The position numbers were made by a program, and so were the translations under genes. DNA of 64,000 nt from Lachnospirales bacterium (GTDB lineage: Bacteria; Bacillota; Clostridia; Lachnospirales; CAMZNU01), in contig JBKECF010000029.1 of assembly GCA_047974375.1 (NCBI GenBank), positions 4,099-68,098 of the forward strand. Direction: 5' to 3'. The notes beneath the pieces are model-generated. The model was not told the origin of the DNA. It was given only the letters and a program-made list of their open reading frames with translations, and did no database searches. Positions 31,656 to 39,742 of this stretch are shown here, in pieces; positions within the stretch are counted from its first letter, which is position 1, and each line of letters starts with the position of its first letter.

Positions 31656-33230
31656 ATGAAAAAAATAAAAGGTGGACTTATTGTATCTTGCCAAGCACTT
31701 GAAGAAGAGCCGTTGCATAGTAGCTATATAATGTCAAAAATGGCAATGGCTGCTGTTGAGGGAGGAGCTTGTGGTATAAGAGCTAATTCTATAAAAGATA
31801 TAATAGAAATAAAAAAAACAGTAGATGTACCAATTATCGGCATTATTAAAAAAGTTTATAGTGATAATTCCGTTTTTATCACACCTACTTTTAAAGAAGT
31901 AGAAGAACTGGTAAAAGTAGGCGTAGATATAATTGCCATGGATGGGACAAAAAGAACTCGACCAGATGGAGTTAGTCTTTGTGATTTAGTAAGAAAAATA
32001 AAAGAAAAATATCCAAAGCAAAAAATAATGGCAGACGTTTCTACAGTTGAAGAAGCTGTTTTTTGTGAGAACCTTGGATTTGACTTTATAGGGACAACCC
32101 TTGTAGGTTATACAGAATATACTAAAGAAAACAATCCCTTAGAGGTATTGCAAGAAATACTTGCAAGAGTAAAGGCTAAAGTAATTGCTGAGGGTAATAT
32201 GAATACGCCGGCTCATGTGAAAAAAGCCTATGAACTGGGCGTATATAGCGTAGTAGTAGGTTCCATGATAACAAGACCTACCTTAATTACTAAAAAGTTT
32301 GTAGAAGCTGTAAATAAGTTTAATTTTTCTAAAAGTAATAAGTACTTTGCTTTTGATATCGGTGGAACAGGTGTAAAATATGCCTTGGCCAATAGTCTTG
32401 GTGAAATGATTTTTAAAGATCAATTTCCAACAAATAATTATAAGAGCTTTAAGGACTTATGTAATAGACTCTTCACTTTATTAGAAGATTATAAAGAAGA
32501 AATAGCAGGTATAGGTATTAGTTGCACTGGCAAAATTGACGTAAAAACTGGAATAATAACAGGTGGGGTAGAAATTATGGAGGGGTGGTTAGGTGCATCT
32601 CTTAAAAAAAATTTTGAGGATAAATATAACTTACCTGTTTATGTTAATAATGATGTTAAGTGTGTTGCTTTAAGTGAATTATATACAGGCATTGGGGTCA
32701 AGTACAATAACTTTATTTGTGTTGCTATTGGAACGGGAATAGGTGGAGCTATAGTAGATGGTGGGAAATTAATTTGTGGAGAGAATAATTTCGCAGGTGA
32801 AATAGGCCACACAATCTTAGAATTTAATGGAAAAGATTGCAAGTGTGGGAAAAAAGGTTGCTTTGAGATGTATGGCTCTATGAGTGCTTTAGTAAGAGAG
32901 GTACAAAAGGCTACTGGTAAAATATACAATGGAAAAGAAATATTTGATAAAGTAAAAAATAATGAGAAAATATTTGTAGATATAGTAAATGTTTGGATCA
33001 ATAATATTGGAAAAGGTATAGCAAATTTAGTGCTATTACTTAACCCAAAAGTTATAGTTTTAGGTGGAGCTGTTTCTGTTCAAAAAGAATTATTTTTAGA
33101 TAAAGTAGAAATTGCTGTGAAAAATTATTTAACTGTGGAGCATTCTAGGGGATTGGAATTTATTTCAGCTACAAATTTTAATGACGCAGGTATGATAGGT
33201 GCTGTTTATGGAGTTATGAACTTAATATAA
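31656..33230 (+). CDS. nanE: Fused N-acetylmannosamine-6-phosphate 2-epimerase / ROK-family ManNAc kinase (NanE-NanK)
   Basis: About residues 1-222 are NanE ([23 protein letters not shown]); the rest is ROK ([29 protein letters not shown]); one continuous ORF. Confidence 0.9.
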   Translation: MKKIKGGLIVSCQALEEEPLHSSYIMSKMAMAAVEGGACGIRANSIKDIIEIKKTVDVPIIGIIKKVYSDNSVFITPTFKEVEELVKVGVDIIAMDGTKRTRPDGVSLCDLVRKIKEKYPKQKIMADVSTVEEAVFCENLGFDFIGTTLVGYTEYTKENNPLEVLQEILARVKAKVIAEGNMNTPAHVKKAYELGVYSVVVGSMITRPTLITKKFVEAVNKFNFSKSNKYFAFDIGGTGVKYALANSLGEMIFKDQFPTNNYKSFKDLCNRLFTLLEDYKEEIAGIGISCTGKIDVKTGIITGGVEIMEGWLGASLKKNFEDKYNLPVYVNNDVKCVALSELYTGIGVKYNNFICVAIGTGIGGAIVDGGKLICGENNFAGEIGHTILEFNGKDCKCGKKGCFEMYGSMSALVREVQKATGKIYNGKEIFDKVKNNEKIFVDIVNVWINNIGKGIANLVLLLNPKVIVLGGAVSVQKELFLDKVEIAVKNYLTVEHSRGLEFISATNFNDAGMIGAVYGVMNLI

Positions 33231-33239
33231 GAGGTGTAT

Positions 33240-33677
33240 ATGATTTTCGATTATTTAAAGAATATAAATATATATGAAAATATCCATAGGGATTTAAAAA
33301 AGGGGTTTAAGTTTGCGCTAGCTTTAGCAGATAAACCTGTAGGGAAATATGAAGGGGAAAACTTTTTCGCTGTAGTTCAAGAGGGCGACACAAAGTATTA
33401 TAAAGAGTGTAATTTTGAGGTACATAAAAAATATATAGATGTTCAAATTATGGTTGTTGGCGAGGAAATAATGGAGTGGAATAATATAGAAAGTCTAAAA
33501 CTATCTGCAGACTATAATGATGAAAATGATGCAGCTTTTTATGAAGGGGACGGAAATTTATTTAATATAAAGAAGAATATGTTTTATATTGCATACCCTC
33601 AAGATGCGCATAAACCTTGCGTACACACTAAGTTGCAAAAGAAGTATAAAAAAATTATTTTAAAGTTAAAAATATAG
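33240..33677 (+). CDS. YhcH/YjgK/YiaL (NanQ-like) protein
   Basis: EVHKKYIDVQ and YPQDAHKP; last gene of the nan operon. Confidence 0.88.
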   Translation: MIFDYLKNINIYENIHRDLKKGFKFALALADKPVGKYEGENFFAVVQEGDTKYYKECNFEVHKKYIDVQIMVVGEEIMEWNNIESLKLSADYNDENDAAFYEGDGNLFNIKKNMFYIAYPQDAHKPCVHTKLQKKYKKIILKLKI

Positions 33678-33687
33678 CCGAATTATC

Positions 33688-33715
33688 TTGACAACTAAAT
33701 TAAATTCATTATAAT
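33688..33715 (+). promoter_or_regulatory. Sigma-A promoter of pnuC
   Basis: TTGACA (33688-33693), 16 nt, TATAAT (33710-33715). Confidence 0.65.
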
Positions 33716-33721
33716 GGATTC

Positions 33722-33872
33722 AAATGGGTAGGAAGTTTTTAAACTTTCCATCTGTAAATGTATATAGAAACTGCCACCGGGTAGTATAATGTTTAGGCAT
33801 CCGTTGCATATCGTAAGGTCTTAGAAGATATGTTGACGAGATGTCTTTCTTGACTTTAATGTGGAGGTAAAT
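33722..33872 (+). ncRNA. Candidate cis-regulatory RNA (riboswitch-like) in the pnuC leader
   Basis: Stem 33795-33812/33827-33846; its loop TAAGGTC is complementary to GACTTTA (33852-33858) next to the SD. Confidence 0.5.
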
Positions 33873-34577
33873 ATGTTTTTTCGTAACCCATTTAAAAAAT
33901 TAAGTAAATTTGAGAGGATGCTTTGGGTGACTTCTGTTGTTGTTGTAACTAGCTCATTTTTACTTGTAGGCAGTACAAGTGTACTCACTCTTATCGCGTC
34001 TTTAGTAGGTGTGACAGCTTTGATATTTGTTGCAAAAGGGGATGTATGGGGTCAAATTCTTACAGTATCTTTTAGTGTATTATATGCGATTATTTCTCTT
34101 AAATTTAAGTATTTTGGCGAAATGATAACTTATTTAGGAATGACAGCACCTATAGCTATTTTATCTATTGTATCTTGGTTGAAAAATCCTTACAATAATA
34201 GTACAGAGGTAGAGGTTAACAGTCTTACCAAAATACAAAAAACTGCTTTGCTAATTTTAACACCAACAATTACTTTTATTTTTTACTTTATACTTTTATT
34301 TTTTAATACAAATAATTTATTCTTTAGTACTGTTTCAATAGCTACAAGCTTTGCTGCTTCTTATTTAATGCTATATCGCAGCCCTTTTTATGCTTTGGCA
34401 TATGCTGCAAATGACATAGTGCTTATTACTCTTTGGGTATTGGCAGCTGCTAAAGATGCGTCCTATGTCCCTATGGTTATATGTTTCACAATGTTTTTAC
34501 TTAACGATATATATGGCTACCTTAGCTGGCTAGGTATGAAAAAAAGACAAAAAACAAAAATTATTTTAGCTGACTAA
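33873..34577 (+). CDS. pnuC: PnuC-family (nicotinamide riboside / vitamin / nucleoside) transporter
   Basis: SLVGVTALIFVAKG..WGQ, YFGEMITY, YAANDIV and NDIYGYLSW; about 7-8 TM segments. Confidence 0.82.
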   Translation: MFFRNPFKKLSKFERMLWVTSVVVVTSSFLLVGSTSVLTLIASLVGVTALIFVAKGDVWGQILTVSFSVLYAIISLKFKYFGEMITYLGMTAPIAILSIVSWLKNPYNNSTEVEVNSLTKIQKTALLILTPTITFIFYFILLFFNTNNLFFSTVSIATSFAASYLMLYRSPFYALAYAANDIVLITLWVLAAAKDASYVPMVICFTMFLLNDIYGYLSWLGMKKRQKTKIILAD

Positions 34578-34585
34578 TTTAATTC

Positions 34586-34627
34586 AAAAAATGTCGGAAA
34601 TCTTTATGTAGACTTCCGACATTTTTT
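34586..34627. terminator. Bidirectional terminator between pnuC and the Rpn gene
   Basis: AAAAAATGTCGGAA..TTCCGACATTTTTT. Confidence 0.75.
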
Positions 34628-34679
34628 AATTGAATACTTTTTTGCTTAAATTACTTCTAGGTATAATAGTAAGCATTTC

Positions 34680-35558
34680 TTATCCTGCAAGCTTTTTTAA
34701 TTGTTCTTTTAAAAAAGCTATTTCTTTATCTTTTTCAGTAACTATCTCTTTAGCCATATTCTGTGCCATATTCTGTGCCATATCATGAGCCATATCCTGA
34801 GCCAATTTTTGTGCCATATTCTGTGCCATATCCTGAGCCATAAGTTCTGCTCTTTCTTCAGCTGCTTGTCTTACTCTGTTATTTATTTCGATTTCTGCAG
34901 CATATGTTGTACCTGCCATATTCTTCCACTCCTCACTTTCTAAAAATTCATAATTGTATCCATCTTTTTTAGCTAATTCAATACTAGTTTTAACATTAAT
35001 CCCATTTCTGAAATTTTCAATTAAATGGGAGTAAAAACTCAATATAGTTTTATTATTTTTAATATCAATATCAAGATTTTTATAGTTAATATCTTTTGCC
35101 ATTACATTTATTTTTATTGCTTCGCAGGGCTCGCTAAAGTTCATGTTTAAGTTGTAGCCTGAAGTTTTCAATGTTGCCTCACCGTTATACAATACAATAA
35201 AGTCTGCACTGGGTAGTTTCATTACTTTATCAATATACTCATTTTGTCCGGTTTCATTTATATACTTATCTAATGCGTCAAAATAGTACTTTCCAAATCT
35301 ATAAGCCATATTAGGATTATTACTACTTTGATGTTCTACCATTACAAGCAATCTATTATCTGAGGTTAAAAATGACACATCATTTTCTATTGCACTTGAT
35401 ATTAATGCATCTTTTAGTTTTATACCATCAGAAAAAAGTCGTATATCCCCTTCTAGTTTCTTGTTCGTTATAATTTCATATAATTCTTTGAAATATACAG
35501 GATTTGTGAACATAAATTTGAAAAATTGGTCTTTATGGTTTCTGTTTAGTTCGTTCAT
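34680..35558 (-). CDS. Rpn/YhgA-like PD-(D/E)XK nuclease (recombination-promoting nuclease / putative transposase)
   Basis: HKDQFFKFMF, NDVSF, VMVEHQSSNNPNMAYR and FIVLYNG; repetitive helical C-terminus. Confidence 0.8.
   Translation of the reverse strand: MNELNRNHKDQFFKFMFTNPVYFKELYEIITNKKLEGDIRLFSDGIKLKDALISSAIENDVSFLTSDNRLLVMVEHQSSNNPNMAYRFGKYYFDALDKYINETGQNEYIDKVMKLPSADFIVLYNGEATLKTSGYNLNMNFSEPCEAIKINVMAKDINYKNLDIDIKNNKTILSFYSHLIENFRNGINVKTSIELAKKDGYNYEFLESEEWKNMAGTTYAAEIEINNRVRQAAEERAELMAQDMAQNMAQKLAQDMAHDMAQNMAQNMAKEIVTEKDKEIAFLKEQLKKLAG
34746..34841 (-). repeat. Eight 12-bp in-frame tandem units (ATGGCWCAGRAT consensus)
   Basis: Encodes MAQD-MAQN-MAQK-LAQD-MAHD-MAQN-MAQN-MAKE. Confidence 0.9.
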
Positions 35559-35687
35559 TACTTTCCTCCCTCTTTATTTTACCATATTTTTTTATTTTTT
35601 TCAATTACTATAGATGGATTTTCCTCCAAAAAAATGTCAGTCGCCTTTATGAGCCTTTTGACATTTACAAACTAAACTTTATTAAAC

Positions 35688-37193
35688 TTACCAATATTTT
35701 CTGTCTAAGTCCCGATATTGTACTGCCTCGCCTAAATGCAATAGAGTGATATTTTCGGAGCCTTCTATGTCAGCTATAGTTCGGGCAACTTTTAAAATTT
35801 TGTGGTATGCACGTACACTTAAGTTCATGCGGTCAAAAACGTTTTTTAATAATTCGCTACATTCGCTATTTAAGTAACAATATTTTTCAATTAGCTTTGG
35901 AGTTAAATTAGAGTTATACATAAAATTTTCATTTTTATATCGTTCTTTTTGAATTTCAATAGCCTTAGCAACTTTATTTTTCATATCCATAGAATTTATT
36001 TTAGAAATAGATATTTCATTGTATTCTAAGGAACTTGCCTCTACTTGTATATCTATTCTATCTAATAAAGGCCCTGATATTTTATTAATGTATTTATTTA
36101 TTTCTGTATCTGAACAAGTGCATTTAGTGCTTGAACCGTAATACCCACAAGGGCACGGGTTCATTGATGCAACAAGCATAAAGTTAGAAGGGTAAACAAT
36201 GTTTCCTTGAACTCTGGAAATATGAATTTCACCATCTTCCATAGGTTGCCTTAAGCCTTCCAAAGAGTTTCTATAGAATTCTGGTAATTCATCTAAAAAT
36301 AAAACTCCATTATGAGCAAGGCTCACTTCCCCCGGCTTTGGTTTTTGTCCTCCGCCTGTTAAAGCAGAATAGGAAATACTATGGTGAGGCGACCTAAAGG
36401 GACGTTTTTTTATTAAACCCGTTTCATGTAGCATATTGGAAACGCTATATATTTTTGTTACTTCTATACTTTCTTCATAAGTTAAGTTTGGCAATATAGA
36501 GGGGATGCGTTTAGCCATCATAGTTTTACCGGAACCAGGAGGACCAACCATTACTATATTGTGACCGCCTGCACAAGCAACCATTATTGCCCTTTTTACA
36601 TTATCTTGGCCAGATACGTCAGCGAAGTCCAAATATTCTTTAATAGAATATTCTTCTTCTGGGGCGTACTCTTCAAGAGGAGAATTGTATTTTATATAAT
36701 TTATAAATTCCCTTAGATTAGATACGCCAATTATTTCTATATCCTTTATTAGGCTAGCTTCTTTAATATTTTCTTTTGGAACTATGGCTTTTTTAATGCC
36801 ATTTTTTTTGGCACTGTCTATCATCGAAAGTATGCCAGATACCTTTGATATATTTCCATCTAAAGATAATTCACCGGTAAAAAATATTTCTTTAATTTGT
36901 TCATAATCTATATAGTTCATGGAACATAACAAGCCAATGGCTATAGGGAAATCGAAGGAGGGCCCTTCTTTTTTTATATTTGCTGGGGCAAGGTTTACAG
37001 TTATTTTACTTGAGGGAAAATTAATTTTTGAATTGTTTATGGCAGTATATACTCTGTCTTTGGATTCTTTTACGGCTGAGTCAGGTAGCCCTACAATGTC
37101 AAATTTCGGCATGCCGCTTGCTATATCTACTTCTACAGTTATTATATGTCCATCTACGCCGTATACAGCGCCACTGAATATTTTTGAAACCAT
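35688..37193 (-). CDS. comM: YifB/ComM Mg-chelatase-like AAA+ ATPase
   Basis: VGLPDSAVKES, GPPGSGKT, PFRSPHH, LDELPEF and MNPCPCG. Confidence 0.9.
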   Translation of the reverse strand: MVSKIFSGAVYGVDGHIITVEVDIASGMPKFDIVGLPDSAVKESKDRVYTAINNSKINFPSSKITVNLAPANIKKEGPSFDFPIAIGLLCSMNYIDYEQIKEIFFTGELSLDGNISKVSGILSMIDSAKKNGIKKAIVPKENIKEASLIKDIEIIGVSNLREFINYIKYNSPLEEYAPEEEYSIKEYLDFADVSGQDNVKRAIMVACAGGHNIVMVGPPGSGKTMMAKRIPSILPNLTYEESIEVTKIYSVSNMLHETGLIKKRPFRSPHHSISYSALTGGGQKPKPGEVSLAHNGVLFLDELPEFYRNSLEGLRQPMEDGEIHISRVQGNIVYPSNFMLVASMNPCPCGYYGSSTKCTCSDTEINKYINKISGPLLDRIDIQVEASSLEYNEISISKINSMDMKNKVAKAIEIQKERYKNENFMYNSNLTPKLIEKYCYLNSECSELLKNVFDRMNLSVRAYHKILKVARTIADIEGSENITLLHLGEAVQYRDLDRKYW

Positions 37194-37345
37194 GTTCGCT
37201 CCTTAAATTTGTTATTTTTACTAACCATACTATATTTAAGCTAGATTGTCTATTTTGTAAAAAAATATTGGTCGTAATATAATGATTCTACTACATATTA
37301 TTATGTTGACTTAAAGAGAAATTTTTTTGAATATAGGAGGGCGTT

Positions 37346-38812
37346 ATGATTTTAAAAGTAGAGGATAAAAACATTAAAGACGAATTTGGCAGAACTAGAA
37401 TTTTTAATGGCATAAATATTGTAAACAAAGGAAAAAAAGATGAGATGGCCATTGATGGAATAAGCTATGAGTATGGCCTAACAAAATCTCATTTTGAAAT
37501 ATTAAAGGACAATGGCATAAATATTATTAGGCTTGGTATAATTTGGCACGCAATTGAAAGAGAGATTGGAATTTATAACACAGAATATTTAAATTGGGTC
37601 AGGTCTATTTTAGATCTTTGCCACGAATTTGAAATAAGTGCTTTTTTAGATATGCACCAAGATTTATATAGTTGTCAATTTGGGGATGGTGCTCCTACTT
37701 GGGCAACTTTAACAGATGGTTCACCTCATACCACTGGGGAGCTTTGGTCCGATGCCTATCTTTTTAGTGATGCTGTAAATAATGCCTATAAAAATTTTTG
37801 GGACAATAAAAAAACAGAAGACGGTATAGGAATATTGGAACATTATGAAAAAACCTGGAAATATATTATAAAACTCTTTGGCAATCACCCAGCTGTAATA
37901 GGTTACGATTTTATAAATGAACCTTTTCCAGGGGAAAACTCTTTGGAAATAATGGGTAGCCTATTAATGGCATATTGTTCCTATACAGGAAAAAACAAAA
38001 CTCCGCAAGAGGCGATGGAGTTACTTAATAATGAAGAATTAAAGGTGAAACTCCTACAGGATATAGATGACACAGAGTTGTACGCAAAAATGGCTGTGGA
38101 GGGAAAAGATTTAGTTGCAAAGTTTGATGAAGGAAAACTTGCCGATTTTTATATTCGCATGACTAAAACTTTGAGAAGTATTTCGCAAGTAGGTCTGGTT
38201 TTTACAGAAAATTGCTATTTTTCAAATATGGGAATAGAATCTTCTTTAAAAAGAATAGAGGTAAATGGGGAAAAAGAGCAACTTCAAGTTTATGCACCTC
38301 ATGGTTATGATTTAGTTGTGGACACACCTTTAGTTAATATGTCGAGTAATAATAGAATGGCTGTCATACTAAATGGGCACAAGAAAGTGCAAGACCGACT
38401 TAATATGCCTGTATTATTTGGCGAGTGGGGTGCTCACTATAAGCATACTGAGGCTTTGGAACATTTGGAATTTATTATAAATTATTTCGATAAAAATAAG
38501 TGGAGTCACACTTATTGGTGTTGGTTTGATGGTTATGAGGGCTACACAAGTGCAAATATATTAAAAAGACCATACCCTATGTGTGTTGCAGGGGAAATAG
38601 TAAATTATGGCTATGACTTTAAAGCTAAAATATTTAATTTAAAATGGGAAGCGAATAAAAATATAAAAGAGCCTACTTTGATTTATGTTGAAAAAGAGCC
38701 AAAAGATATTAAATATAATGGTCAATATAAATTAATAAAAAATGGAATAAATAGTTATGTTATAGAGATTAAAAATGCTATGGCAACGGAGACAATTACT
38801 ATTACACTATAA
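37346..38812 (+). CDS. GH5 glycoside hydrolase, endoglycoceramidase-like
   Basis: GRTRIFNGIN, LDMHQD, GDGAPTWA, INEP (acid/base), FGEWG (nucleophile) and RPYP C-terminal domain. Confidence 0.78.
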   Translation: MILKVEDKNIKDEFGRTRIFNGINIVNKGKKDEMAIDGISYEYGLTKSHFEILKDNGINIIRLGIIWHAIEREIGIYNTEYLNWVRSILDLCHEFEISAFLDMHQDLYSCQFGDGAPTWATLTDGSPHTTGELWSDAYLFSDAVNNAYKNFWDNKKTEDGIGILEHYEKTWKYIIKLFGNHPAVIGYDFINEPFPGENSLEIMGSLLMAYCSYTGKNKTPQEAMELLNNEELKVKLLQDIDDTELYAKMAVEGKDLVAKFDEGKLADFYIRMTKTLRSISQVGLVFTENCYFSNMGIESSLKRIEVNGEKEQLQVYAPHGYDLVVDTPLVNMSSNNRMAVILNGHKKVQDRLNMPVLFGEWGAHYKHTEALEHLEFIINYFDKNKWSHTYWCWFDGYEGYTSANILKRPYPMCVAGEIVNYGYDFKAKIFNLKWEANKNIKEPTLIYVEKEPKDIKYNGQYKLIKNGINSYVIEIKNAMATETITITL

Positions 38813-39211
38813 ATTAAAGGATATTTTGATTTGAAACTCTATTGAAGCATAGATAGGAGTGCACTGTTGGTGGTTATGGGATTGTTCTTTTATAGCCGTC
38901 AGCTTTTTTGTACTAATATTTTAAACTAAACTTTAGAATGCTAATAAATAAGTATCTATAAAAAAACTATTAACTTTTCGATTGTATTTTTATATAGTAT
39001 GATAGAATGTCACTAGCTATTTTTTTTGGGTATATTATTAATAATAGTTGCGGCGCTATTTAATAAAATTTTTGTGAGATGAGTTAACTTACTATTTATA
39101 AATAAAATGGCAATGCTTTCATAGATGAGTATATGATGTCAAATTGGATTAGGTTTTATATTTCTAAGTGGTAGTGCTTTACACTATTTTTAAATTATGG
39201 AAGGAATTATT

Positions 39212-39462
39212 ATGAAACTAGAAAAATACTAGGAATAGCAATGGCAACAACAATGTTAATGGGTACTAGTGTGTTTGCAATATTTCAATATTTCTATGGA
39301 GAAACATTAGAATATGAGATAAAATTAAATGACGAATATTATGAACAAATAGCTGAAATTAGCACTAAAAATAGAAAAAATATGGTTGTACATAATGAAA
39401 CTAATGAATATGTTTTTATTAATATCATTAATGATATGTTGATACTGGCTAATAGCAATTAA
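39212..39462 (+). pseudogene. Frameshifted remnant of a secreted protein
   Basis: The ATG at 39212 after GGAAGGA is one base out of frame; adding one A restores the signal peptide MKTRKILGIAMATTMLMGTSVFA. Confidence 0.55.
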
Positions 39463-39603
39463 TGTTTAGATCGAATTGATGAGTATGAAGATATTTGCAT
39501 ATTAGGAAAAGTGAATAATAATTCTATAAGTTATAAGTTTAAAATTGAATTTTTTTATGCCTCGTAAATTGCAATGTTAAGTCTTGAAGGGGAAATATAA
39601 ATT

Positions 39604-39628
39604 AGAGCGAATTGTATCGCTCTTTTTT
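39604..39628 (+). terminator. Intrinsic terminator
   Basis: AGAGCGA-ATTGTA-TCGCTCT followed by a T-tract. Confidence 0.65.
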
Positions 39629-39742
39629 TGTGTTTTTATTTTGAATTTGTACTAATAAATGAAATAAATTTTAAGAAAAAAAATAGGGGCTGTACTATAA
39701 TTTACATAAGAAATTTAAAGGCTAAAATTTTTAGGAGGAGTT

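Noticed and set aside
33795-33860. Calling the pnuC leader a known NAD+-II, TPP, FMN or purine riboswitch
   Set aside because: The diagnostic consensus elements are not recognisable, so it is reported only as a candidate novel motif.
34746-34841. Tandem repeats as a CRISPR array
   Set aside because: Contiguous 12-bp in-frame coding units with no spacers and no cas genes.
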